Assembly: GCA_963781885.1 (NCBI GenBank)
Contig: CAWAHW010000002.1
Span: 1,248,001-1,312,000, forward strand
Direction: 5' to 3'
Source: an uncultured Spirochaetota bacterium
GTDB taxonomy: Bacteria; Spirochaetota; Spirochaetia; SZUA-6; Fen-1364
DNA length: 64,000 bases
Shown here: positions 38,629-48,478 of the stretch, piece after piece
Numbering within the stretch: position 1 is the stretch's first letter
Layout of the letters: each line of letters starts with the position of its first letter
The notes under the pieces: model-generated
Databases searched by the model: none
What the model was told of the DNA's origin: nothing
What the model saw: only the letters and a program-made list of their open reading frames with translations
Position numbers and translations under genes: made by a program

Positions 38629-40493
38629 AAACCAAGAACGGATTGACACACAAACAGGTGACGCAGAAAAAAGGTCTCCCGGCGCGGCCGGCGGCCGCGC
38701 AGACGGCGTCGAAACCGGCGCGTCCGGCAAAACACGCAAGACCGGTGCGGTCCGCGGCCGGCGTCGTGCCCGTCGTCGCCCTTCGGGACGACCCGGCCAT
38801 GAAGAAGCTCCTCGCGTATGCCAAGGGCAAGAAGAGCGTGAGCTATGACGAGGTGAACGATTTTCTTCCCGATGCGATCGTGAACTCGGACCGCATTGAA
38901 GAGGTGATCGCGCTCCTCTCCAAGCACAACATCAAGCTGGCCGAAGAGGAGATCAGCCTCGAGCTGGAGGAAGAGAAACCGGTCAAGGACCGCAAGAAGC
39001 TCATCTACAGCGACAAGGAGTCCTCCGTCGACGACCCCATCCGTCTCTACCTCCGGGAGATCGGCAAGGAGAACCTGCTCACCGCGGAGCAGGAGGTGGA
39101 GCTCTCCAAGGCGATGGAGTCCGGTGAAAACATCATCAAGACGGTGATCAGGGACTCCGGCGTGCTTGCGCGCGAATTCCTCCGCCTTGGGCTGCGTGCA
39201 TCCTCCACCCGCGATCCGAGGGAGATGAACCTGAGCAAGAAGGAGGCCACCGAGTACCTCGCGGAGACGCGCAAGCTCGGCGCCTACTACAAGGAGCCGT
39301 TCCGCGACCACCTCGCCGGCGTGAAGCGCTACATGGAGATGAAGCGCCAGACGGAATCGGAAGGCGGGGACATCTTCGAGGAATCCTTCGTGGAGAAGCG
39401 CAAGGACGTGACGGATTCCCTGAAGAAGGTGGAGCTGCGCCCCGAGGACATCTCCGCCATTGCGGAACGCCTCATCGCCGTCGCCCGCCGGATCCGCTCC
39501 ATCGAGAAGGAGATCGGCCGGGTGGAAAAGAGGCTGCACGTCGCCTCGTCACGCGAGATGAAGGTGCTCGTGAAGAAGATCGCCTCTCCCGCGGAGCGCG
39601 AGCGGCTGGAGAAGACCGTCGGCATGGGCCTCGACCGCGCGCGCGAGCTGCTGCGCATCCACCAGACGAGCGAAAAAAAGCTCCAGCGCTACGAGACGGT
39701 GTTTGAGAACAAGATAGAGGACATACTGGCCATGGCGGACGAGATCGACCGCGGCCGCATCATGATGAAGGAGGCCAAGGATCGGCTGATCAAGGCCAAC
39801 CTGCGGCTCGTCGTGAGCATCGCCAAGAAGTACACCAACCGGGGCCTGCACTTCTTCGACCTCGTCCAGGAAGGCAACATCGGCCTCATCAAGGCCGTGG
39901 AAAAATTCGAATACCGCAAGGGCTACAAGTTCTCCACGTACGCCACCTGGTGGATCCGTCAGGCCATCACGCGGTCCATCTCCGACCAGGCGCGCACCAT
40001 CCGGGTGCCCGTCCACATGATCGAGCAGATCAACAAGGTGATGCGGGAATCGCGCCAGCTCATGCAGGTGCTCGGCCGCGAGCCGACGGACGACGAGGTG
40101 GCGGAGAAGCTGGGCTGGGCCACGACGCGCGTGAAGGCGGTGAAGAGCGTTGCCCGCGAGCCGATCTCACTGGAGACCCCCATCGGCGAGGAGGAGGACA
40201 GCCTCCTTGGCGATTTCATCGAGGACAAGGAGGTCGAAAGCCCCTCCAATATGACGGCATTCCGCCTGCTCCAAGAGCAGCTGGAGGCAGTGCTCACCAC
40301 CCTGCCGCCGCGCGAGCAGGAGGTGTTGAAGATGCGCTTCGGCCTGGAGGACGGCTATTCCCTGACACTGGAAGAGGTGGGGTTGTATTTCAACGTCACG
40401 CGGGAGAGGATCCGCCAGATCGAGGCGAAAGCGCTGCGGCGGCTTCGCCATCCGACGCGGAGCCGGCGATTGAAAGACTATCTGGAACATTAG
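38625..40493 (+). CDS. rpoD: Primary sigma factor
   Basis: [50 protein letters not shown]; start uncertain. Confidence 0.98.
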   Translation: MKTKNGLTHKQVTQKKGLPARPAAAQTASKPARPAKHARPVRSAAGVVPVVALRDDPAMKKLLAYAKGKKSVSYDEVNDFLPDAIVNSDRIEEVIALLSKHNIKLAEEEISLELEEEKPVKDRKKLIYSDKESSVDDPIRLYLREIGKENLLTAEQEVELSKAMESGENIIKTVIRDSGVLAREFLRLGLRASSTRDPREMNLSKKEATEYLAETRKLGAYYKEPFRDHLAGVKRYMEMKRQTESEGGDIFEESFVEKRKDVTDSLKKVELRPEDISAIAERLIAVARRIRSIEKEIGRVEKRLHVASSREMKVLVKKIASPAERERLEKTVGMGLDRARELLRIHQTSEKKLQRYETVFENKIEDILAMADEIDRGRIMMKEAKDRLIKANLRLVVSIAKKYTNRGLHFFDLVQEGNIGLIKAVEKFEYRKGYKFSTYATWWIRQAITRSISDQARTIRVPVHMIEQINKVMRESRQLMQVLGREPTDDEVAEKLGWATTRVKAVKSVAREPISLETPIGEEEDSLLGDFIEDKEVESPSNMTAFRLLQEQLEAVLTTLPPREQEVLKMRFGLEDGYSLTLEEVGLYFNVTRERIRQIEAKALRRLRHPTRSRRLKDYLEH

Positions 40494-40506
40494 AGAGGGA
40501 GAAAAA

Positions 40507-41325
40507 ATGGCACGCACGGTCTACGACAAACTGAGGGCGCTGCAGGACGTCCTTTCCAAGAAGTTCGAGGTGGAGAGGGAAATCCAGGAGATCCCCAAGT
40601 CCCTGGCCACGAAAACGGAGCTGCTGAACCGCCTGAAGAAGTCCTTCATGGACAAGAGCGCCACGCACCAGGCAGCCGGCGCGCGCGTGCAGGACATCGG
40701 CCAGAAGCTGTCCGAGGCGGAGCAGGAGCGGGAAAAGTCCGAGGGCCAGATGGACGTCATCAAGACGCAGCGGGAATATGAGGCCCTGGACAAGGAGATC
40801 AAGGACGCCACGGAGAAGGAGCAGAGCCTTCGCAAGGAGCTCCAGCGCGAGCAGGCCGCCATTGAAGAGCTCAAGAACGTCCTCGACAAGGAAGAGCTCC
40901 TCATCAGCAAGCAGGAAGAGGACGTGAAGGAAGAGCAGTCCAAGATCAAGGTGAAGATCAAGGAGAAGAACGCGGAGCTCAAGAAGCTCCAGGGGGAGGA
41001 GAAGAAGATCACCCCGGGGCTGGAGGAGGACATCCTCTTCAAGTTCGAGCGCATCATCAAGAGCAAAGCGGGTCTCGGCATCGTCTCCCTCACCAAGGGC
41101 GTCTGCACCGGCTGCTACATGATCCTTCCCCCCCAGTTTGTAAACACCGTGCGGCTGGGAGAACGGGTCGAGTTCTGCCCCTATTGCAGCCGCATCCTTT
41201 TCTACCAGGAGGACGAGGAAGGGGAATCCCTGGAGACGGCCGTCGTCGACGAGGACGCCGAGGAGGACGAGGAAGAAGAGGAAGAGGAGGAGGAGTCCGA
41301 CGACGGGGAGGAAGAGGAGCTGTAG
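40507..41325 (+). CDS. Coiled-coil plus C4 zinc ribbon protein (DUF164 type) with acidic tail
   Basis: CTGCYMILPPQ...CPYCSRIL; poly-Glu C-terminus. Confidence 0.9.
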   Translation: MARTVYDKLRALQDVLSKKFEVEREIQEIPKSLATKTELLNRLKKSFMDKSATHQAAGARVQDIGQKLSEAEQEREKSEGQMDVIKTQREYEALDKEIKDATEKEQSLRKELQREQAAIEELKNVLDKEELLISKQEEDVKEEQSKIKVKIKEKNAELKKLQGEEKKITPGLEEDILFKFERIIKSKAGLGIVSLTKGVCTGCYMILPPQFVNTVRLGERVEFCPYCSRILFYQEDEEGESLETAVVDEDAEEDEEEEEEEEESDDGEEEEL

Positions 41326-41392
41326 AACGGGCCGGTCCGCCGTCGCAGGCTCACGGGTTGCATAATGTCGGCATTCAGCCGATAGTATGCAC

Positions 41393-41823
41393 GGGCAGGT
41401 CAGGTCATCGCCCGTGCGTGTCCGCGAGGGTGCGCGCGGGAGGAAAGTCCGGGCTCCAGAGAGCAGAACGCCGGGCAATGCCCGGGACAGCGGTTGCGGG
41501 TTTGGCCCGCTTCCGATGGACAGAGAGCGCCACAGAAAACACACCCCCTCATCGCGTCGTCACCGGCGCGTGAGAGCGGCGGGTGCGCCGACAGGCGCGG
41601 CCGAGGCGAGGGAAGGGTGAAAAGGCGGGGTAAGAGCCCACCGCCTCTCCGGCAACGGGAGGGCATGGCAAGCCTCGTTCGGAGCAAAGCCAAGCAGCAG
41701 GAGGGTTGCTCGCCCGCCCGGCGCATGCCCGGGATCCTGCGGGTAGGCTGCACGAGGGCCCGGGCGACCGCGGCCCCGAGAGAGATGATGACCCTCGACA
41801 GAACCCGGCTTATCGATCTGCCC
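41393..41823 (+). ncRNA. rnpB: RNase P RNA (type A)
   Basis: GAGGAAAGTCCGGGCTCC, GAGAGCGCCACAGAAAA, AGGGTGAAA.GG..GGGTAAGAGC, ACAGAACCCGGCTTA; P1 ends GGGCAGGTC/GATCTGCCC followed by a T run. Confidence 0.95.
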
Positions 41824-41885
41824 TTTTTTTCGACTGGCCGCCGATTCCGCCGGACGCGGAGGGGTGCGGTCGCATCGACGAGGAA

Positions 41886-42836
41886 ATGATAAGAGATTTC
41901 GACCACTATCAATCGGGGCAGAGAGGAAAGCGGCTTCGCACCATCCTCATTCCGACATTGTCCGTCATTGTCGTGCTCGCCGTTGTGCTCCTGATCGTGC
42001 TGGGGGTGCCCGCCCGGCTCTTCGGCAGCGGCGGCCAACGGCAGGCGCCGGGAAAGCTCCCCGATCTCTTCCGGGCGCAGAAGTACGACGACGTCATCAC
42101 GGCGTCAAACGCCGTGCTTGTCGGTGACCCCCTGAATGCGGTGGCTTTGTCCTACAAGGGCTTCGCGAGCTTCTACAAGTCCAACTCCCAGGACGCCACG
42201 GAAGAGAAGATGCCGTCCCTGGACCAGGCCATTGTCGCCCTCCGCCGCGCGCGCCTCGCCGGCGCTCCCTTCGGCGGCGAGATCGACTACGTCCTCGCAA
42301 AGGCCTACTTCAACAAGGGCAAGTACTACTACGACCTCTCCATCTCCAGCATGCAAAGCTCCATTGCCAAGGGCTACGTCCAGAAGGACACCTACGAGTA
42401 CATGGGCCAGGCGTACAGCCAGCTCGGCGACAATGACAAGGCGATGGAGAACTTCCTCATCGCCCTGAAGGATGACACCGGCGACCTGCTGCTCTTGACA
42501 ATCGGGCAAACTTATTACCAGATGAAGAGGACGAGCGACGCGATCGATTACCTGCTGCGGACCCTGAACAAGACCGAAGACAAGGACATCGAGGAGCGCG
42601 CGCGATTTCTTCTCGGGGGGATCTACCTGGACACGGCCGAGCTGTTCAAGGCGGAGGAGCAGTTTGCGGCGATCGTGAAAATCGACCCGCAGTCTGCCGA
42701 CGCGCATTACGATCTCGGCGAGGTCTACGCGAAGATGAACGACCCGGTGAAGGCGCGGGCGGAGTGGCGCAATGCCCTGATCATCGACCCGACCCACTAC
42801 GGCGCGAAACTTCGCTATTACGCCCCGAAGAGGTAG
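41886..42836 (+). CDS. Membrane-anchored TPR protein
   Basis: One TM segment followed by several TPRs (e.g. [12 protein letters not shown]...ARAEWRNAL). Confidence 0.88.
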   Translation: MIRDFDHYQSGQRGKRLRTILIPTLSVIVVLAVVLLIVLGVPARLFGSGGQRQAPGKLPDLFRAQKYDDVITASNAVLVGDPLNAVALSYKGFASFYKSNSQDATEEKMPSLDQAIVALRRARLAGAPFGGEIDYVLAKAYFNKGKYYYDLSISSMQSSIAKGYVQKDTYEYMGQAYSQLGDNDKAMENFLIALKDDTGDLLLLTIGQTYYQMKRTSDAIDYLLRTLNKTEDKDIEERARFLLGGIYLDTAELFKAEEQFAAIVKIDPQSADAHYDLGEVYAKMNDPVKARAEWRNALIIDPTHYGAKLRYYAPKR

Positions 42837-42880
42837 CATCGTACCGCGGGAGACCGCGATTTGAAAGGAAGGGATCCCGA

Positions 42881-43918
42881 ATGGCCTGGGACAGGATGTT
42901 TGAAGCGTTTTCCTCGGACCTTGGCATCGACCTGGGAACGTGCAGCACGCTCGTGCATGCCCGAGGGAAAGGCATCGTGCTCTGCGAGCCTTCCGTCGTC
43001 GCGATGGAGCGGGGAACGAAGAAGGTCGTCGCGGTCGGCACCGAGGCGAAAAAGATGCTCTGGAAGACGCCGGGGGACATCATTGCCCTGCGGCCGATGC
43101 GCGACGGGGTGATCGCGGACTTCGAAGCCACGGAGAAGATGCTCCGCTACTTCATCGAGAAGGTCATCGCGCGCCGCTGGTTCGTGAAGCCGCGCATGGT
43201 CATCGGGGTGCCCACGTGCATTACGGAGGTGGAAAAGCGCGCGGTGCGCGACTCTGCCGAGCAGGCGGGTGCGCGGGACGTCTACCTCATCCAGGAGTCC
43301 ATGGCAGCCGCCATCGGGGCCAATATCCCCATCCTGGAGCCGGCGGGCCACATGATCTGCGACATCGGCGGCGGCACGACGGAAATCTCCGTGATCTCCC
43401 TGGGCGGCATGGTCGTCACGAACGCCATCCGCGTCGGCGGGGACGAGTTCGACGAAGCCATCATCAAGCACGTGCGCAACGTCCACAACCTCATCATCGG
43501 GGAGTCAACGGCGGAAAACGTGAAGATCACCATCGGCAATGCGGCGGCGGACAAGAAGATCGAAAAGATCGAGATCAAGGGCACCGACGCGATCACCGGG
43601 CTGCCGCGAAAGCTGGAGATGGATTCCGTGGAGGTCCGCGAGGCCCTCCAGGAGCCGATCAACACCGTCATTGAAGAGATCAAGAAGACCCTCGGCCAGA
43701 CCCCGCCCGAGCTCGCGGCGGACATCGTGGAGAGGGGCATCGTGATGACCGGCGGCGGCTCCCTCCTCAAGGGATTCCCGAAGCTCATCGCGAAAGAGAC
43801 CGGCGTGCCGGTCATCCTCGCGGAAAACCCCCTTCTCTGCGTGGCACTCGGCGCCGGCAAGTTTCTCGAAAGTCTCGTGAAGGAAAAGAACTCCAAGTAC
43901 TTCAACGTAAAGACCTGA
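42881..43918 (+). CDS. mreB: Rod shape-determining protein MreB
   Basis: [27 protein letters not shown]. Confidence 0.98.
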   Translation: MAWDRMFEAFSSDLGIDLGTCSTLVHARGKGIVLCEPSVVAMERGTKKVVAVGTEAKKMLWKTPGDIIALRPMRDGVIADFEATEKMLRYFIEKVIARRWFVKPRMVIGVPTCITEVEKRAVRDSAEQAGARDVYLIQESMAAAIGANIPILEPAGHMICDIGGGTTEISVISLGGMVVTNAIRVGGDEFDEAIIKHVRNVHNLIIGESTAENVKITIGNAAADKKIEKIEIKGTDAITGLPRKLEMDSVEVREALQEPINTVIEEIKKTLGQTPPELAADIVERGIVMTGGGSLLKGFPKLIAKETGVPVILAENPLLCVALGAGKFLESLVKEKNSKYFNVKT

Positions 43919-43921
43919 TCC

Positions 43922-44797
43922 ATGCCCGGCCTCTTCGAAAGCTTCTTTTCGCGGCACCGGAAAGGGGCCACACTCGCAGGGCTCGTTCTCGTCTCGCTCG
44001 TCTGTCTCCTCATCTCCAACAGGACGATCGTCGTAAAGCCGAAGGAGATCGGCCTGTCGGTGGGCGGCTTTTTCCAGAAGGGATTCACCGGCTTCTTCAA
44101 CTGGTTCGGCGACACGGCGGGATCGATCCGCCAGCTGCGCGTGGCGCGGGAAGAGCTGGCTGCCGCGGAGGCGCGCCTCCAGGACATGGACCAGGAGACG
44201 CGGGAGAACCTGGAGCTGAAGCGGCAGAACGCCGCGCTGCAGGCGCAGCTTGATTTTGCGCAGACCCTGCCCCCCGAGCGCATCGCGGCGGAGGTCACCG
44301 CGCGCGACACGGACAACCTCTTTTCCACCCTCACCATCAACAAGGGAACGCGCCAGGGCGTGAAGAAAGGGATGCCGGTGGTCGCCTGGCAGGGCGACAT
44401 CGAGGGCCTGGTCGGCAAGGTGCTCGCGGTCGGGCCGGGCTCTTCCGAGATCCTCCCCCTGTACGACCCGCAGTGCATCGTCTCGTCGCGGGTCGACACC
44501 ACCCGGGACGAGGGGCTGGTGTCCGGGCAGGGACAGGATCGGGGGACTCTCGTGATGCGGTACGTGAAAAAGATCGCCAAGGACAAGATCTCCTACGGCG
44601 ATCTGGTCGTGAGCTCGGGCCTGGGAGGGCTCTATCCGAAGGGCATCAACGTGGGCCGCATCCGCGAGATCTCGGCCCCGGCCTACGAGACATCCCTCGT
44701 CCTCCAGGTGGAGCCCATCATCACCTTCGAGCGCCTGGAATACGTCTTCCTTCTCCTGCCTGCCTCCGAGGCGGCACCCGCGGAGGCCACGCCGTGA
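43922..44797 (+). CDS. mreC: Rod shape-determining protein MreC
   Basis: TM, coiled coil, INKG..QGVKKGMPV, SSGLGGLYPKG. Confidence 0.95.
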   Translation: MPGLFESFFSRHRKGATLAGLVLVSLVCLLISNRTIVVKPKEIGLSVGGFFQKGFTGFFNWFGDTAGSIRQLRVAREELAAAEARLQDMDQETRENLELKRQNAALQAQLDFAQTLPPERIAAEVTARDTDNLFSTLTINKGTRQGVKKGMPVVAWQGDIEGLVGKVLAVGPGSSEILPLYDPQCIVSSRVDTTRDEGLVSGQGQDRGTLVMRYVKKIAKDKISYGDLVVSSGLGGLYPKGINVGRIREISAPAYETSLVLQVEPIITFERLEYVFLLLPASEAAPAEATP

Positions 44798-45309
44798 ACA
44801 GGGACCTGCGCACGATCGTCACCACCGTGATCGTGCTTGTGGTCTGCATCCTCCTCCAGAGCACGCTCCTCACGAAGATCGCCATCCGCGGCGTTCGTCC
44901 CGACCTGGCGATGCTCGTGCTCATCTTCGTTTCCATGCGGAGAGGCTCGATGGTCGGCCAGATCTCGGGCTTCGCGTCGGGCTTCCTCGAGGACCTGATG
45001 AATGTCTCGCCGCTGGGCTTCCATTCGCTCCTTCGCGCGGTCATCGGCTACCTCTACGGCCTGCTCTCCGGCAACGTGTTCATCGATCCCTTCCTCATGC
45101 CGATCATCCTCGCCGTCGTGGCGACCATCCTCAAGGGAATCCTCTCGGGCATCGTTTCCGCCCTGTTCGGGATCGCGGCCTCGGGCTTCATCACCTTCAC
45201 GGGCCGGATCTGGATCGAGGTCGGGTACAATGGCGTCATCGCACCCTTCCTCTTCGCGCTGCTCAACCTCTTCAAGGTCTTCAAGCAGGCAGATAAAGAG
45301 AGCGGCTGA
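44794..45309 (+). CDS. mreD: Rod shape-determining protein MreD
   Basis: Hydrophobic protein with PDL and GF..GFLEDL..SPLG motifs; position between mreC and mrdA. Confidence 0.92.
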   Translation: MNRDLRTIVTTVIVLVVCILLQSTLLTKIAIRGVRPDLAMLVLIFVSMRRGSMVGQISGFASGFLEDLMNVSPLGFHSLLRAVIGYLYGLLSGNVFIDPFLMPIILAVVATILKGILSGIVSALFGIAASGFITFTGRIWIEVGYNGVIAPFLFALLNLFKVFKQADKESG

Positions 45310-47165
45310 TGGAGTACGGCGAACGCCAGCAGAGGCGGCGCTTCGTTTTTCTCATGGGGCTTTTTGTCGGGGGCCTGGGAATACTCGCCCTCTACATCTT
45401 CTGGCTGCAGATCGTGCGCGGCGGGGAGTTCACCCAGCGGGCGCGCGACGTCTCCGAGCGCGAGACGGTGCTGCCGGCCCAGAGGGGCGAGATCTTCGAC
45501 CGCGCCGCCGACGACCCCCTGGTCTTCAACGTGGATTCCTTCTCCGTCGACATCGCACCGGGCGAAGTGGCCTCCGCGAATCTGCCGGGGCTCTTCGAGC
45601 GGCTGGCAAAAATACTTTCCATCTCGGTGGATGACATCGCGCAGAAGATACCGCCGCGCACCTACCGGCAGTTCCAGCCCATCGAGGTGAAGGGCGGCGT
45701 GACGCTTTCCACGATCTCGCAAATCGCCGAGCACCTGGAAGACTTCAAGGGCGTGAGCTGGTTCAACAAGCCCATCCGCAGCTACGTGGACGCGGAGAGC
45801 TTCGCGCACGTCATCGGCTATGTCGGCGACATCACGCGCGACGAGCTTCAGGTGCTGTACAACAGGAATTACGCGCCCGGCACCTCGTTGGGAAAGACGG
45901 GGGTGGAAAAGCAGTACGACGACATCCTCCGCGGGAAGGATGGGAAGCGTTTCCGGGTCGTCGACGTGAAGGAGAAGGGCGTCACCGGCGCGGAGGAAAA
46001 GATCGAGCCGCCGACGCCGGGAAAGAACGTCGTGCTCACCATCGACCGGCGGATCCAGAAGCTGGCCCAGGAGGCCCTTGGCCCGCGCAATGGCTCGGTC
46101 GTTGTGCTTCGCCCCTCCACCGGTGAGATCCTCGCCCTGGTGAGCTATCCCTCGTTCGATGCCAACCGTTTCTACGCGGCCGACAGCACGGCATACATCA
46201 ACTCTCTCTCCACGAGCCCCTCGTCGCCCTTCCTCGACCGCGCGATCCAGTCCGCCTATCCTCCCGGCTCCACCTTCAAGGTCGTGATGACCACGGCAAT
46301 CGTGGCAGATGGCACCATTCCCCTGACCCAATCCGTCCTCTGCACGGGAAAGTTCCCCCTCGGCGACCGCGTCTTCAACTGCTGGCTCACGACCGGTCAC
46401 GGCTACGAGGACCTCTACGGCGGGCTTGCCCAGTCCTGCGACGTGTACTTCTATACCATGGGCAACAGGCTGGGACCGGACAAGATCATCGACGAGGCGC
46501 ATGATTTCCAGCTTGGCTCGGCCTCCGGCATCGACCTGCCGGGTGAGAACGCGGGCCTGATGCCCACGCCGGACTGGAAGGACAAGGTCAAGCACAAGCA
46601 GTGGGTCGGAGGGGATACGCTGAACATCAGCATCGGCCAGGGCGACGTCTCGATCACCCCCCTTCAGCTCGCGGACGTCGTGGCCATGGTCGTGAACGAA
46701 GGCGTCATCTACAAGCCGCACGTGCTCTTGAAGACCGTCGATCCGCAGACGAACCAGGAAACGGTGCAGCCGCGCGAGATCCTCCACCAGTCGTCGCTTG
46801 GCCGCCAGGTTTTCCAGACCGTGCAGCAGGCGATGCGCGGCGTCATCACGGTCGGCACCGCGGGGCCCGCGATCACCGAGCGGGTGGTCGACATCGCCGG
46901 CAAGACCGGCACGGCGCAGGTCGTTGCCGGCGTCACGAAGAAGCTGTGGCATTCCTGGTTCGTGGCATATGGGCCGTATCAGACGGACAATCCGGATGAC
47001 CAGGTGGTCGTGGCGGTCATGGTGGAGGCGTCCGACAACTGGGAATGGTGGGCCCCGCACGCGGCCAACTTCATCTTCCAGGGCATCTTCGCGCACCAGG
47101 ATTTCCAGGAGGCGCTCACGACGCTCCAGCCGTGGACGAAACCGGTGAAAGGGGCCATCGATTGA
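45309..47165 (+). CDS. mrdA: Penicillin-binding protein 2
   Basis: RGEIFDR, PGSTFK (SxxK), SCD (SxN/D), KTGT. Confidence 0.96.
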   Translation: MEYGERQQRRRFVFLMGLFVGGLGILALYIFWLQIVRGGEFTQRARDVSERETVLPAQRGEIFDRAADDPLVFNVDSFSVDIAPGEVASANLPGLFERLAKILSISVDDIAQKIPPRTYRQFQPIEVKGGVTLSTISQIAEHLEDFKGVSWFNKPIRSYVDAESFAHVIGYVGDITRDELQVLYNRNYAPGTSLGKTGVEKQYDDILRGKDGKRFRVVDVKEKGVTGAEEKIEPPTPGKNVVLTIDRRIQKLAQEALGPRNGSVVVLRPSTGEILALVSYPSFDANRFYAADSTAYINSLSTSPSSPFLDRAIQSAYPPGSTFKVVMTTAIVADGTIPLTQSVLCTGKFPLGDRVFNCWLTTGHGYEDLYGGLAQSCDVYFYTMGNRLGPDKIIDEAHDFQLGSASGIDLPGENAGLMPTPDWKDKVKHKQWVGGDTLNISIGQGDVSITPLQLADVVAMVVNEGVIYKPHVLLKTVDPQTNQETVQPREILHQSSLGRQVFQTVQQAMRGVITVGTAGPAITERVVDIAGKTGTAQVVAGVTKKLWHSWFVAYGPYQTDNPDDQVVVAVMVEASDNWEWWAPHAANFIFQGIFAHQDFQEALTTLQPWTKPVKGAID

Positions 47166-48472
47166 AGCGGATTTCCTTTGCCGCGTTCGATTTCGTTCTC
47201 TTCGGCGCCGTCATGATCCTCATGGGCATCGGCATCCTCTTCATCTATTCGAGCGGCGTCAACGCGAACGGCGTCCTCGTCTCCCGCGAGTTCATACGCC
47301 AGATCGTCTGGTGCCTCACGGGCATCGTCCTGCTCGTGATATTCGCCTTCCTGAGCTACACGACGCTCCGCATGCTGTCCCTGTACGTCTACGCCGGCGG
47401 CCTGCTCCTTCTCCTCATCACGCTCGTCATCGGCCGGCAGGTCAATGGGGCCCGCTCCTGGCTGGGGTTCGCCGAGATCGGAATCCAGCCCGCGGAGTTC
47501 ATGAAGATCGCCTTCATCCTTTTCCTCGCGACGTATTTCACGGGCATCGGCAACGGCATCCGGGAGCTCCCGCGATTCCTGCTCGGGCTCGTGATCCTTT
47601 TCGTTCCGATCGCCTTGACGCTGATGCAGCCGGACATGGGTGAAGCCCTCGCGTTCGTGCCTATCTTCATCCTCATGGCCTACATCGCGGGCGCGCAGGT
47701 CCGTCACCTCTTGTTCATCCTCATCGTGGGGTTCATCGCCTTCGTGCTTGCGGCCGTGCCCACGCTCCATGCCCGATCCGGCGCCACCGGCACGACATTC
47801 CTCTCCGTTATCGCCGACCCCGACATCCTGAAGTACCTGATCCTTGCCGGCGCGGTGGTCGTCGGTCTTGCGCTTCTGGGATGGCGATCGTTCCGTCAGC
47901 GCTACTTTTTCTGGATCGCCTGGACCGGCGGCCTGCTGGTGCTCGCGGGCGTGCTTTCACTCGGCCTGCGTCTCGCGCTGAAGGACTACCAGATCATGCG
48001 GCTGGTCATATTCGTGAATCCGCGTCTCGACCCGCAGGGCGCCGGCTGGAACATCATCCAGTCGGTCACGGCGATCGGCTCCGGCGGCCTCCATGGGAAG
48101 GGATGGCTGCACGGAACGCAGAGCCACTACCAGTTTCTTCCCCAGCAGAGCACGGACTTCATCTTCAGCATCCTCGCCGAGGAGTGGGGCTTTCTCGGCG
48201 CGCTCCTTGTCTTCGGCCTTTTCGTCGTCATCCTCCTGCGCGGGATCAGCATCGTCTGGGCTTCGCGGGAGGATTATGCCATGCTCGTGGGCACGGGCAT
48301 CCTCGCGATGATCTTCTTCCACGTGCTCGTCAATATCGGCATGGCAACCGGCATCATGCCCGTCACGGGCATCCCGCTGATGTTCCTTTCCTACGGCGGT
48401 TCCTCGCTGTGGACCGGCCTGATCGGCGTTGGCGTGCTTATGAACATCAGCCGTCGTCGGCTGCGCTATTAG
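47162..48472 (+). CDS. rodA: Rod shape-determining protein RodA
   Basis: GARSW, QPAEFMK, QPDMG, TDFIFS..AEEWG, PVTGIPL..SYGGSS. Confidence 0.96.
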   Translation: MKRISFAAFDFVLFGAVMILMGIGILFIYSSGVNANGVLVSREFIRQIVWCLTGIVLLVIFAFLSYTTLRMLSLYVYAGGLLLLLITLVIGRQVNGARSWLGFAEIGIQPAEFMKIAFILFLATYFTGIGNGIRELPRFLLGLVILFVPIALTLMQPDMGEALAFVPIFILMAYIAGAQVRHLLFILIVGFIAFVLAAVPTLHARSGATGTTFLSVIADPDILKYLILAGAVVVGLALLGWRSFRQRYFFWIAWTGGLLVLAGVLSLGLRLALKDYQIMRLVIFVNPRLDPQGAGWNIIQSVTAIGSGGLHGKGWLHGTQSHYQFLPQQSTDFIFSILAEEWGFLGALLVFGLFVVILLRGISIVWASREDYAMLVGTGILAMIFFHVLVNIGMATGIMPVTGIPLMFLSYGGSSLWTGLIGVGVLMNISRRRLRY

Positions 48473-48478
48473 GGCCGC

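Noticed and set aside
41245-41322. GAG/GAA-rich simple repeat
   Set aside because: It encodes the acidic tail of the zinc ribbon protein, with synonymous variation.
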